In this document: positions 26,289 to 36,113 of the stretch, one piece after another
How the letters are laid out: every line of letters starts with the position of its first letter
How positions within the stretch are numbered: the first letter of the stretch is position 1
DNA from: a virus
IMG/VR virus record: IMGVR_UViG_3300049571_000380
Coordinates: 32,001-96,000 of that record
DNA length: 64,000 nucleotides
Direction: 5' to 3' (one strand)
Notes under the pieces: model-generated
What the model saw: the letters and a program-made list of their open reading frames with translations, nothing else
Databases searched by the model: none
What the model was told of the DNA's origin: nothing
Position numbers and translations under genes: made by a program

Positions 26289-28658
26289 ATGTCCTCACAC
26301 GAAGAGCGGATCGCCGCCGAGGCGGAGGCATACTTCCGCAATCAGGCGCGGCAGGCCGGATGGGTCAACGATCCCGTGGGGTGGGCCAGGGATGTTCTCG
26401 GCGTCCATCTGTGGAGCAAGCAGCAGGAAATCTGCTCCTCCCTCATCCGGAACAAGCGCACGGTGGTCGCCTCCTGTCACGGCACCGGCAAGGCGCTCGG
26501 GCTGGACGAGCTGGTCCACACCCCGTCGGGCCCCGTGAGGATGGGGGAGATCACCGAGGGCATGAAGGTGCTCGGGTCCGACGGTTCGCCGGTCGAGGTG
26601 GTGGCCGTCACGGGCGAGCACAAGGCCGAGAGTTACGTCGTCCGTCTGGAGAGGGGCGGCGCTCACGAGGAGATCGTCGCCTCGGCCGATCACCTCTGGC
26701 CGGTGCTCGACCTTCAGGGTCTCGCCGACATCCAGCTCAAGTCCGACCGGGCGGGCGTGCCGGTGGAGACCGGGCTGTGGATGCACAAGGCGAAGACCAT
26801 GACCACCAAGCAGATCGCCAAGCTGCGGCCCGGCATGGTCGTCGTCCCCGGCCGTTCTCCGGAGATCCTTCCCCGGGGTCTGACGTGGTCGGCAGACGAG
26901 GCGATGCAGACCCTGCTCGCCGAACGCGGCGGACTTGACCCTCACGGGCGTACCGCGCTGCTCTGGAAGACGCGCCAGGGCGAGCCGGAGGAGATCTCCT
27001 CGGTACGGGCCAGGATGCGCGAGGCGGGCATTCAGACGATCTACCGGCGCGAGCGGCAGTACGGCATCACCATGCGGCACCTGGCCCTGATGGGATCTCA
27101 CGCTCCGACGCTTCTGCCGGATGCCAATCAGCGGGCCATCGCCCTGTCGCATCTCCTGCTGACCCAGGGGTCCTGGGGTGACGACGGCTGGCGGATCACG
27201 TCCGTAAAGCCGGTCGGCGAGCGGGACGTGCAGTGCATCCAGGTGGACTCGCCCGACCATCTCTACCTCTGCGGTGAGCGCGGGATCCCCACCCACAACT
27301 CGATGATCGCTTCTGTGCTCGCGTGCTGGTGGGTGTCGACGAAGCCGCCGGGCCAGGCGATCGTCGTCTCGACGGCGCCGACCTATGCCCAAGTCAACAA
27401 GATCCTCTGGGAGGAGATCCGCAAGCACCACTCGAACGCCTCGCGCGGCGAATACCCGATGCCGGGCCGCGTGACCCAGGCGGATGAGTGGAAGCTGGGT
27501 GACGGTCAGGTCGTCGGCTTCGGCCGGAAGCCCGCAAAGGGCGATAGGCACTCTTTTCACGGTATTCACCGAAGGTACGTTTTGGCCCTTTTGGACGAAG
27601 CGTGCGGTATCCCCGAGGAGATCTGGACCGGCGTCGAGGCCATCACCACGAACATCGGCTGCCGGATCCTGGCCATCGGAAACCCCGACGACCGGAACAC
27701 CGACTTCGGCAAGAACTTCATGGAGCAGAAGACCGCGCACCTGTGGAACCGGATCTCGATCCCGGCGTCGAGCACACCGAACTTCACGGGCGAGCCGGTG
27801 CCGAAGCTGCTGAACGAAGTCCTCGTCTCGCGCGACTGGGTGCAGGAGCGCCTGGATGACTGGGGCGAGAAGGACCCGCGCTACATCGCGAAGGTGCTGG
27901 CCAAGTTCCCCGAGCAGAGCATGTCGTCGCTGTTCGCCCCCTCACTGGTGGCCGACGCGGTCGACGAGCCCCCGGCTCCGTCGCTGTACTCGGTGCTGCG
28001 CCTGGGTGTCGACGTCGCGCGCTTCGGCTCCGACAAGACGGTGGTCGCCTCATACTCCGGCGTGACCGCTCAGATCGAGGAGTCCTGGTCCGGGACCGAC
28101 ACGGTGTCCTCGGCCCACAAGGTTCTCCAGATCGCCGAGCGCCTGAAGGAGGAGCGCAAGGCGCCCTGGGTGGAGATCCGGGTCGACGCCGTCGGTCTGG
28201 GTGCCGGTGTCGTCGACACCCTGAACGCCCGAGCGATGCTGCTGCCGGACCCCTGGTTCACGGTCTACGAGATGCACGGATCGGCCGCGCCCCCGGTGAA
28301 TGTCGGCGGCTCGGTCTACGGCTTCTACAACGCGAGGGCGTACTGGTTCGAGCAGGTCCGACAGAAGATGCGCAACGGATCGGTGAAGTTCATCGACCCT
28401 GACGAACTGATCACCGACGACCTGAAGATGGTCTTCTACTCGATCAAGAACGGGCGCCTGCTCATCGCCTCCAAGGAGGACATGCGCAAGGAGTACGGCA
28501 AGTCCCCCGACTACGCCGACGCCATCGCCTACGCGGTCGCCCCGGTGGCCGAGGGTCTTCAGCAGGGAGACGTGCTGACCGAGACGGCCGAGAACATGGC
28601 CGGTGCGCTGGTCGAGGAGAACGAGTACTTCGCCGAGGAGATGATCTCGCCCTACTGA
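26289..28658 (+). CDS. terL: terminase large subunit containing an intein
   Basis: Walker A SCHGTGK/S, LLDEACG, AIGNPD, LGVDVARFGSD, SPDYADA. Confidence 0.95.
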   Translation: MSSHEERIAAEAEAYFRNQARQAGWVNDPVGWARDVLGVHLWSKQQEICSSLIRNKRTVVASCHGTGKALGLDELVHTPSGPVRMGEITEGMKVLGSDGSPVEVVAVTGEHKAESYVVRLERGGAHEEIVASADHLWPVLDLQGLADIQLKSDRAGVPVETGLWMHKAKTMTTKQIAKLRPGMVVVPGRSPEILPRGLTWSADEAMQTLLAERGGLDPHGRTALLWKTRQGEPEEISSVRARMREAGIQTIYRRERQYGITMRHLALMGSHAPTLLPDANQRAIALSHLLLTQGSWGDDGWRITSVKPVGERDVQCIQVDSPDHLYLCGERGIPTHNSMIASVLACWWVSTKPPGQAIVVSTAPTYAQVNKILWEEIRKHHSNASRGEYPMPGRVTQADEWKLGDGQVVGFGRKPAKGDRHSFHGIHRRYVLALLDEACGIPEEIWTGVEAITTNIGCRILAIGNPDDRNTDFGKNFMEQKTAHLWNRISIPASSTPNFTGEPVPKLLNEVLVSRDWVQERLDDWGEKDPRYIAKVLAKFPEQSMSSLFAPSLVADAVDEPPAPSLYSVLRLGVDVARFGSDKTVVASYSGVTAQIEESWSGTDTVSSAHKVLQIAERLKEERKAPWVEIRVDAVGLGAGVVDTLNARAMLLPDPWFTVYEMHGSAAPPVNVGGSVYGFYNARAYWFEQVRQKMRNGSVKFIDPDELITDDLKMVFYSIKNGRLLIASKEDMRKEYGKSPDYADAIAYAVAPVAEGLQQGDVLTETAENMAGALVEENEYFAEEMISPY
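26493..27299 (+). mobile_element. intein (269 aa), Ala1 class 3 (WCT) type, in TerL P-loop
   Basis: Begins ALGLD after GTGK; block B SADHLW, block F QCIQVDSPDHLY, block G PTHN/S. Confidence 0.9.
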
Positions 28659-28697
28659 CGGAACCCTCAAAGTGAGCTGTAGTTCCAGGAGCACCGT

Positions 28698-29144
28698 GTG
28701 CACGGAACTCAAGGAGGACAAGTGGACATCCAGACCTGCCCGCGCCGGATGCGGGAGATGGGCCCCTGGGAGAGGTCGAGCGGCCAGGACGAGTGGCGCG
28801 ACGAGCCCCGCCGGGACGGCGAGGCGGTGCCGTACTGCTCGTTCTGCGGATCTCTGCACCCGGGCAAGTTCCTGGAACTGATCGCCGAGGGGTGGGGGGT
28901 GGGGCCGACCGACAAGAACTACAAGGCGTACCTGCACCCGCCGCGCGGCAAGGACGGCGAACAGTCCCACGAGGTCCGGGCGAAGTTCTACTACCAGCAC
29001 CTGTCGGGCGCCCAGCAGCAGCAGTTCATCGACCTCTACAACCGCCAGGTCATGCAGATCTCCTACCCGGGACACTTCTACGTGCTGCCGTTCTTCATGG
29101 GGATCGCACCGGAGGATCCGGTACCCGGCAACGGATCGGTGTGA
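28698..29144 (+). CDS. hypothetical protein (CSFCGS motif)
   Basis: 148-aa ORF in operon. Confidence 0.7.
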   Translation: MHGTQGGQVDIQTCPRRMREMGPWERSSGQDEWRDEPRRDGEAVPYCSFCGSLHPGKFLELIAEGWGVGPTDKNYKAYLHPPRGKDGEQSHEVRAKFYYQHLSGAQQQQFIDLYNRQVMQISYPGHFYVLPFFMGIAPEDPVPGNGSV

Positions 29145-29392
29145 TGTACGACCACGCCGAAGCAGCCCGCCGCAGGATCATCGCCAGGTCTCGGGATGCC
29201 GGACCTGTGGGCAGGAAGTACGTGGAACTCGCGAACCTCCTTATGACTGGCCCGGATTCACCACTCAGGACCAGCGCCCTGAAGAAGCTGGCCGACTCCT
29301 GCGACAATGCAATCGCCCTGGTGGAAAAGGTCCGCCAATCCCCGGGAAACCCCTCCGCCAGACGCAGGTCGCCAGGTCAATCGAGCAGTTAA
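29144..29392 (+). CDS. hypothetical protein
   Basis: TGATG coupling, MYDHAEAARR. Confidence 0.6.
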   Translation: MYDHAEAARRRIIARSRDAGPVGRKYVELANLLMTGPDSPLRTSALKKLADSCDNAIALVEKVRQSPGNPSARRRSPGQSSS

Positions 29393-29401
29393 GGTGATCG
29401 C

Positions 29402-31141
29402 ATGCAGATGCCGAAGCCCCTCGAAGAGATGTCTCACACGGAAATCACGACCTTCGTGAGCAACCTCGAAGCGCGCAACGAGGAGCTGATGGGTCTGGTC
29501 TCCGACGAGATGCGGGAGGCCGGTGAATTCGGCCGGGCCCAGCTCGCCCTCGAAGACATCGGATGGCGCCCGCTGATGGGACTCTCCGACAGCGCGAACT
29601 CCTTCACGCTCGACTCCCTGCATCACGCGAGCGAGCTGTGCCGGGCCGTGGCCACCGTGAACCCGCTCGTCGGCCGTGGCCTGCGCGTGCGCACCGGGTA
29701 CGTCTGGGGGTCCGGTGTCTCCGTCGTGCCGAAGGAGTTCATCCAGGGACCGGGACGGCCCAGGACGGTGAACCTGGAGCCCGAGCTTCCCGAGGGGATC
29801 AACGAGGTACTGACCGGCACGCTCGCCCAGCTCGAACTGGAGCGGACTTCCGGCACCGACGGCAACCTCTTCTTCCTCGTGGACCGCCGGACCAAGGAAG
29901 TCTTGCGCGTGCCGTTCGAGGAGATCACGGAAGGCGTCAGTCAGCGCGGCAACCGGGAACGCCTGCTGTACATCCGGCGCACCTGGAACGACTGGGATCT
30001 GGAGCTGGACTTCGAGGCCAACATCGAGCTGAATCCGATCACCGCCCCGAAGGCGGCAGCGCGCGGGCGCACCTGGATGAAGGCCGACCGGGACAGCCCG
30101 TCAGGGGGATCCACCCGGGCCGGGTTCTCCTTCCGCGACGTCTGGTACCCGACACCCGCTGGAATCCGGGCGCTCGGCCGCAACCGGGGTGCCGCGCAGA
30201 TCGCGGGCGACAAGGTGGACCACACGAAGGTGCTCGTCCACGTTCCCTTCAACCGGCTCACCGGGTGGCGCTGGGGAATCCCCGACGTGCTGCCCGCCGT
30301 CTGGTGGACGAAGGCATACAAGGAATACCTGGAGAACTGCGCCACGCTCACCAAGGCGTACGCCAGGTTCGCCTGGAAGGTGACATCGGACCGGTCGCGA
30401 TCCGTCCGCCGTACCGCCGCTGCGATGGCCCAGGCTCCGCGAACCGACCCTTCCACCGGTCAGCCGCTGAACGTCGGCGCCTCGGCCGTACTGGGGGCGG
30501 GTCAGGATCTGTCGGCCGTCGGCGGCAATACAAAGGTGGACTTCGACGCCGGTCGCCCGCTGGCCGCGATGATCGCAGCCGCTCTCGACGTTCCCCTTCC
30601 GGCCCTTCTGGAGGATCCCTCGATCGCGAACAACGCGGCGGCCACCTCTCTGGACACCTCCACGATTCTCGTGATGCAGGCCCGGCAGAAGGTCATGGAC
30701 GACATGTTCCGCGAGATCTTCAAGACGCTGGGCCTGAAGGTCCGCCTCCGGTGGCCCGAGATCTCCGAGGAGCCGGTTCACCGTCGGCTCCAGGCGCTCG
30801 ACATGGCGATCCGCCTCGGCCTCTTCTCGGCCGACGAGGCGCGGGCCATGGTTGTCGATGCGTGGGGCGACAAGTGGGAGGACTTCGGCCGCGAGGCGCC
30901 CGATGTTGAGGAACTTCCCTACGTCGCTGGCGGAGGCGGCCAGGGTGAACCTCCGAAGACGGAGGACTCTAATTCCTCGGAAACCCCCGGTAATTCCGAA
31001 GAAACTGGAACCTCCGGTACGGGAGGCCCCGGTGCTCCAGCACCCCTGAAGGCAGGAAATTCCCGTTCAACCGACGCCCCGAAGCAGCCTGAACCGATGT
31101 CCTACGCGGACCACGAACTGCGAGACGAATCAACTTCATAG
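29402..31141 (+). CDS. portal protein
   Basis: Position after TerL; DIGW, DGNLFF, WGIPD, AAALDVP motifs. Confidence 0.88.
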   Translation: MQMPKPLEEMSHTEITTFVSNLEARNEELMGLVSDEMREAGEFGRAQLALEDIGWRPLMGLSDSANSFTLDSLHHASELCRAVATVNPLVGRGLRVRTGYVWGSGVSVVPKEFIQGPGRPRTVNLEPELPEGINEVLTGTLAQLELERTSGTDGNLFFLVDRRTKEVLRVPFEEITEGVSQRGNRERLLYIRRTWNDWDLELDFEANIELNPITAPKAAARGRTWMKADRDSPSGGSTRAGFSFRDVWYPTPAGIRALGRNRGAAQIAGDKVDHTKVLVHVPFNRLTGWRWGIPDVLPAVWWTKAYKEYLENCATLTKAYARFAWKVTSDRSRSVRRTAAAMAQAPRTDPSTGQPLNVGASAVLGAGQDLSAVGGNTKVDFDAGRPLAAMIAAALDVPLPALLEDPSIANNAAATSLDTSTILVMQARQKVMDDMFREIFKTLGLKVRLRWPEISEEPVHRRLQALDMAIRLGLFSADEARAMVVDAWGDKWEDFGREAPDVEELPYVAGGGGQGEPPKTEDSNSSETPGNSEETGTSGTGGPGAPAPLKAGNSRSTDAPKQPEPMSYADHELRDESTS

Positions 31142-31209
31142 CATCCTGCCGAGACTTTTGGCCTCGGATGCTATTACGCTGTGCTCGTCGATGATCAGTG
31201 AGGGGGCTC

Positions 31210-32289
31210 ATGTCCACGGAAACCCTGCGGGAAACCGCGATCCTCTCCGAGGACGCCCAGTCGCCGGAGAAGGGCATCTGGCGTGCACTCCTCATCGCTG
31301 CCGACGTGCAGGGCTCCAGTGGGTACTACCCCGCCGAAGTGCTGAAGCGGGATGGCGCTCGCGCCTTTCCCGCCGGGACTCACATCTACTTCGACCACCC
31401 TTCCGAGTCGGAAGAGATGGACCTCCCCGAACGCAGCGTTCTGAAAATCGCCGGGTACCTTCTCGACGACGCGACCTTCGAAGAGACACCAGAAGGACGC
31501 GGGCTCTTCTCCCGAATCCAGTTCACGGAGAAGGCCAAGCCGATCGCCAAGGAGCTGCACAGCGTGATCGGTCTCTCGATCCGTGCAGCAGGCCAGATCG
31601 AGGAGACCGCTGGGCAGCGTATTGTGCGCAGCATTCAGCAAGGTCTCTCTGTTGACCTCGTCACCCGCGCTGGAGCGGGAGGAAGGCTCGTCACCATGAC
31701 CGAGTCGGCCACGCCGGAGTCCCCTCCGGCCGAGCAGACCGCGAGCACCGCCGCCCCGGCCGCGAGTGCAGCGATTCCGTCCACCATCGGAACCGGCACC
31801 CTCCTCAGCGAGGTCGCCGCCCTCAAGGACACCCTCTCCGACCGCGTCGAGCAGCTTTCGGTCGACGTCGCGCGCATGGCTTCGCAGCTCCAGGAGTCGC
31901 GCCGCGAGGCCGAGAAGCAGATGCGGGAGAGCGTCAAGCTCCAGGAGACGATCACGTACCTGCGTGACCGCGCCGAGACCGCCGACAAGGCGCTCAAGGA
32001 GAGCAAGACGACCGGTGACGTCCTCACCGAACTGCTGGAGGCGAAGCTGCCGCTTCCCTCCATGATCCGCATCGCGCAGTCCTACCGTCCGGACCAGGAC
32101 CTGCACGAGTCGATCACCCACGAGCGCGAGTACCTGAAGCAGCTCCGACGGGAGACCGAGCGCGGCGCGCTCAGCGAGGGCCGCGAGCCGTCGGGCCTCG
32201 GCCTGACCGAGTCCTCGACGTCCTTCTCCTCCACGGGCGACAGCGATCTCGCCGAGATCCGGAGCCTGCTGGGCGGAGGTGCCTACTGA
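31210..32289 (+). CDS. capsid maturation protease/scaffold fusion
   Basis: YFDHP, GLSIRA, SVDLVT.AGAGG followed by coiled coil. Confidence 0.85.
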   Translation: MSTETLRETAILSEDAQSPEKGIWRALLIAADVQGSSGYYPAEVLKRDGARAFPAGTHIYFDHPSESEEMDLPERSVLKIAGYLLDDATFEETPEGRGLFSRIQFTEKAKPIAKELHSVIGLSIRAAGQIEETAGQRIVRSIQQGLSVDLVTRAGAGGRLVTMTESATPESPPAEQTASTAAPAASAAIPSTIGTGTLLSEVAALKDTLSDRVEQLSVDVARMASQLQESRREAEKQMRESVKLQETITYLRDRAETADKALKESKTTGDVLTELLEAKLPLPSMIRIAQSYRPDQDLHESITHEREYLKQLRRETERGALSEGREPSGLGLTESSTSFSSTGDSDLAEIRSLLGGGAY

Positions 32290-32777
32290 TGGCCACGAAC
32301 GAGATCTTCAAGTACGCGGACTGGATCTCCCTTCCGCTGCCGCTCCGGGGCAGTGACCCGGCGGTCAACGACGACCCCACGATCAACGGCGACCCGGTCA
32401 AGATCGGTTCGATCGTCGGCTTCGCGCAGGAGGTCGGCGGCAAGCCGGTTTCCTACACGACCGGCATGACCACGGTCTCCGTCGCGCGCAACACCGCGAA
32501 CTCGCTGGAGCCCGGCTGGGCCTCCATCGCCCTCACGGGCGCCTTCGCCTTCCCGGTCACCGGCTGGGACGCGGAGGAGATGGGTTCCGGTACGCCGGTC
32601 GGCATCAACGTCGCCGCCGGTTCGACGCGCGCCACCCTCGTCGCGAACTCCGAGGCCGACGGGTGGTTCGGCGTCATCGTCGGCCAGACCACGGCCGGAG
32701 TTCCGATCGTCCGAGTCGTCCAGCCCACGCCGGGCGACGCCAACGCAGTGGCCGACAAGCTGGCCACCGGTTCCTGA
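32289..32777 (+). CDS. capsid decoration/cement protein
   Basis: GDPVKIGSIVG motif; lies between protease and capsid gene. Confidence 0.7.
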   Translation: MATNEIFKYADWISLPLPLRGSDPAVNDDPTINGDPVKIGSIVGFAQEVGGKPVSYTTGMTTVSVARNTANSLEPGWASIALTGAFAFPVTGWDAEEMGSGTPVGINVAAGSTRATLVANSEADGWFGVIVGQTTAGVPIVRVVQPTPGDANAVADKLATGS

Positions 32778-32794
32778 GAGGAGGAATCTGAGAC

Positions 32795-34108
32795 ATGAGC
32801 GCGATCACCTTCCTCGACGGAATCAAGGCGACCACGAACCCCGAGTTCGAGCGCATCGCCGAGGCCCACAACAAGCGTCGGGTCGCCATCCGCGAGTCTG
32901 CGGACTCCCGTCTGCTGAAGCTCAACAAGGCCGTCGAGTTCCTGCGCCTCAAGCGTGAGGCGGAGTTCGGCTCGCCGGTCGCGATGGGCCGTCTGCGCGA
33001 GGCCGTCTCCAGCGGTGACTTCCCGCTGCTGTTCCAGTCGATCTCGCAGGCCAGCATGCTCGGCCAGTACGCGGATCTGCCCCAGCAGTGGCCGACTTTC
33101 TCGGTGCGCACCACGGTTCCGGACTTCCGTCCGGCCCGCATGGTCCGCTGGGACACCGTGGCCGGTCAGTCGCAGACGACCGACTACAACGGCGGCGCCG
33201 AGCGCCACGTCCGGGCGCTGCCGCGCATCCCGGAACTGACGGAGTACCCGACCTTCAACCTCACCACCGAGGGGACGGACTACTTCGTCAACAAGTACGG
33301 CGCCCGTTTCCCCTTCTCGTGGGAAGCGTTCATGAACGACGAGCTGCGCGTTCTCCAGCAGCTCCCCACCGAGATGGCACGGTGGGCGCGCGACACCGAG
33401 GACGTGCTGACGACCGGTGTTCTGGCCACGGCGACGGGCCCGAACGCGGACTTCTTCAACACGACCGAGGACTTCGGCGGTCAGGCCCCGGCGGGCAACT
33501 ACGTGCCGGGCAACCCGCCGCTGACGCTCGACGCGCTGGAGCACGCGATCAACTACATCGGGATGCGGCAGGTCAACGGCCGCCAGGTCCGGGTGCAGAA
33601 CTTCGTGCTCCTCGTTCCGCCGTCCCTCGCGCTCACGGCGCAGGAGATCGCCCAGGGAACCACGTACCTCCGGGTGCGCCAGCTTCCCGACGGCACGGAG
33701 ATGCGCCAGAACGTCTCCTCGCCGGTCGCGGGCCGCTTCACGGTGGTGGAGTCCCCGTGGCTGCCGCTCATCGACACCTCGGCGAACGCCTCGACGACCT
33801 GGTACCTGGTTCCGGCCGGTGGCCAGACGGAGCGCGGCCCGGCCATCGTGACCGCGTTCCTGCGCGGGCACGAGACCCCCGAGGTCCGCGTGATGGGCGA
33901 CACGGGCCGTGCGCTCGGCGGCGGCGAGATCAACGCCTTCGAGGGCTCGTTCTCCCACGACGACATCCAGTACCGGGTCCGCTCGATCATCGGCGCTGCC
34001 GGTATCGACGCCTCGGCGGTGGCGGTCTCGCTGGGCACGGGCGAGGAGGCGGCGCTGTCCATGGCCTCCATCGGCGGCGGCTCGGTCTCGGGTCCCTCGG
34101 GTTCCTGA
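32795..34108 (+). CDS. major capsid protein
   Basis: 437 aa; EAVSSGDFP, PELTEYP, KYG..F.FSWE..ND; Ser/Gly-rich C-terminus. Confidence 0.9.
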   Translation: MSAITFLDGIKATTNPEFERIAEAHNKRRVAIRESADSRLLKLNKAVEFLRLKREAEFGSPVAMGRLREAVSSGDFPLLFQSISQASMLGQYADLPQQWPTFSVRTTVPDFRPARMVRWDTVAGQSQTTDYNGGAERHVRALPRIPELTEYPTFNLTTEGTDYFVNKYGARFPFSWEAFMNDELRVLQQLPTEMARWARDTEDVLTTGVLATATGPNADFFNTTEDFGGQAPAGNYVPGNPPLTLDALEHAINYIGMRQVNGRQVRVQNFVLLVPPSLALTAQEIAQGTTYLRVRQLPDGTEMRQNVSSPVAGRFTVVESPWLPLIDTSANASTTWYLVPAGGQTERGPAIVTAFLRGHETPEVRVMGDTGRALGGGEINAFEGSFSHDDIQYRVRSIIGAAGIDASAVAVSLGTGEEAALSMASIGGGSVSGPSGS

Positions 34109-34185
34109 ACCGGTGAAGCCGGGCGGCGGGTGACCCGGGATTGATCCCGACCGCCCCTGCCCGGTCTCCGTTCCTGCCGGGCAGC

Positions 34186-34221
34186 AAGAGGGTCCCCCAT
34201 GTGCGACTGGGGGGCCCTCTT
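34186..34221 (+). terminator. stem-loop after capsid gene
   Basis: AAGAGGGTCCCCCA...TGGGGGGCCCTCTT. Confidence 0.65.
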
Positions 34222-34384
34222 CGCGTGCAATTGCACGATGAGAGCCAGTAGGAACTGGCGTAAAGCCCCCCACCTCGGGTATCTTATGGGTGTGGCGAGG
34301 ACTCACCCTCCCCGCCCAAGAAGGAACCGTCCTTGTGCGAGTCCCCAGGACTCCGTCACGGCCACGTTTCTTCTCCTTTCCGAA

Positions 34385-34420
34385 GAGCCCCCGCCGCAAG
34401 GTGGGGGCTTCCGGATTTTC
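34385..34420 (+). terminator. GCAA-tetraloop hairpin followed by a T tract
   Basis: AGCCCCCGCC-GCAA-GGTGGGGGCT...ATTTTCT. Confidence 0.5.
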
Positions 34421-34484
34421 TGGGCAGTTTTCCAGGTGTTCGCCCTCAATGCCGTACGCTCCTCCTGAGAGACAAGGAGCGACC

Positions 34485-35300
34485 GTGGCAACACCCGACG
34501 AGACGCGGGATCTCAGGATCGCAGCTCTCCGGGAAGCGGCGGGCACCTTCGCCACCACCCTGCCGGAGCCGGGTGAGTACACCGACTCGGCTACAGCGGT
34601 GATGCTGGAGAGGGCGAACCGCTTCTACGGCTGGCTCGTTGGCGTAACCCGGCTCATCCTCAGAGTCGGCCCAGCGGTCGGCGAAGACTCCGACGTGACC
34701 TGGCCGAAGCACACCGCCGAAGAGGGAGAAACCGTGCAGATCAACACTGGCGAGAAGTTCAGCGTTGCGATCGACACCCGGGACGCGGCGGGCTACCCGA
34801 CCGACGCCACCGTGGAGTGGTCCATCGCCGACGAGACCGTGGCGACCGTCGTCCTCGACGCAGGCGACGACCAGAAGGGCTGGGTCATCTCCGGCGCCCC
34901 GGGCAGCACCGTACTGACGGTACGCGTCACCGACGTCGAGCCCGCCCTGGAGGCGACCCTGGCCGTGGACGTGGTTCCCGCCGGGACCGCGACCGTCCAG
35001 ATCAACGCCGGTCCGGCCGTGCCGGAGCAGGACCCGCAGCCCGATCCGCTGGCGCTCACCGTCACCGAGGACACCTCCGACACCTCGCGCATGACGGTCA
35101 CCGTCACCGTCGACAACAAGGGCGAGGGCTCGGTCTCCGTGGATCCGGGCGACGGCAGCGGCGTCCTGGCCAACCCGGGCGACGGCACGCCGGTCACCCA
35201 CGCCTACGCGGCGCCGGGCGACTACACCCTCGTGGTCACCGACGACGACAACGCCACCCGTGGTGGCAGCCAGGTCGTGACGGTTCCGTTCACCGCCTGA
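34485..35300 (+). CDS. virion-associated Ig-like/PKD domain protein
   Basis: SD AAGGAG; VEWSIADETVATV and VDPGDG...THAYAAPGDYTLVVT. Confidence 0.75.
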   Translation: MATPDETRDLRIAALREAAGTFATTLPEPGEYTDSATAVMLERANRFYGWLVGVTRLILRVGPAVGEDSDVTWPKHTAEEGETVQINTGEKFSVAIDTRDAAGYPTDATVEWSIADETVATVVLDAGDDQKGWVISGAPGSTVLTVRVTDVEPALEATLAVDVVPAGTATVQINAGPAVPEQDPQPDPLALTVTEDTSDTSRMTVTVTVDNKGEGSVSVDPGDGSGVLANPGDGTPVTHAYAAPGDYTLVVTDDDNATRGGSQVVTVPFTA

Positions 35301-35311
35301 CCCGGAAGACA

Positions 35312-35348
35312 CCGAAGGCCCGGTTCCCCCGAGGGGCCGGGCCTTCGG
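35312..35348. terminator. bidirectional terminator between convergent genes
   Basis: CCGAAGGCCCGG...CCGGGCCTTCGG 12-bp perfect stem. Confidence 0.8.
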
Positions 35349-35353
35349 CCTGC

Positions 35354-35782
35354 TCACGCGCAGATGCAGGAGGATCCCAGATCCTGCGCCGGGAAGCGGC
35401 ACCGTCCGGGTACGTGCGGCTCGTGCTTGCACAGGGGGCACATGTCGGGGATCAGCGCCTTGGCCCCGGTGACAACACGCCGTTCGGCCAGGCCCTGGTC
35501 GGGATCGAACTCCGGCTCGGGCGATCCGGCCAGGTTCTCCATGCCCTCGATGTGGTCACCGCGCTCCAGGCGGGCCTGGGTCAGATACGTGAAGAGGTCC
35601 AGCGCCTCTTCCCAGGCGTCCTTCAGGGCGTCGCGCCCGTTGTCGGTCTCCAGGACCCGGCCGTACTTCTTCTTGCCGTAGGCCCGGCGCTCCTGAATCG
35701 CCAGAATCATGATCTCCTGCACCGGCAGCTTGCCCGGCTTGGGGGCGGGCTGATCCCTCTCGGGATCTCTCACGTCACCCAC
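35354..35782 (-). CDS. MazG-like / all-alpha NTP pyrophosphatase
   Basis: GKKKYG..L...NGRDALKDAWEEALDL..YL. Confidence 0.55.
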   Translation of the reverse strand: MGDVRDPERDQPAPKPGKLPVQEIMILAIQERRAYGKKKYGRVLETDNGRDALKDAWEEALDLFTYLTQARLERGDHIEGMENLAGSPEPEFDPDQGLAERRVVTGAKALIPDMCPLCKHEPHVPGRCRFPAQDLGSSCICA

Positions 35783-35984
35783 GAAGTTCCTCCTCGAACG
35801 ACACCTGCACATTGAAGTTGCGGTGGCCCAGCAGCAGGGCCAGCAGATCGGTGATGCCGTCCTTGGCCTCCGTCCTGCTGTGACCTTCTGCGGTTGCCGC
35901 ACCGAAGTGCGGCGGGTTGTCCACGGAGACGACCCACTTCTTGCCTTGCTCGTTCCAGCGCCCTTGCGCCGTAAAGCTCTCCAC
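35775..35984 (-). CDS. HicB-like small protein (no HTH)
   Basis: FTAQGRWNE..KKWVVSV....ATAEGHSRTEAKDGITDLL; SD AAAGGAAG; could extend to 36077. Confidence 0.5.
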   Translation of the reverse strand: MESFTAQGRWNEQGKKWVVSVDNPPHFGAATAEGHSRTEAKDGITDLLALLLGHRNFNVQVSFEEELRG

Positions 35985-36113
35985 GTCTTCCTTTCTCAGG
36001 GACGGCTCCAGCCGCCCCACCTCTCTGAAAGCTCTTTCGCCGTACGCCACCGCAGGCAGCGCATCAGCCTCCTCCATGCGGAACGCGGTCCGCGAGTCCG
36101 GGGTGCGGCATGC

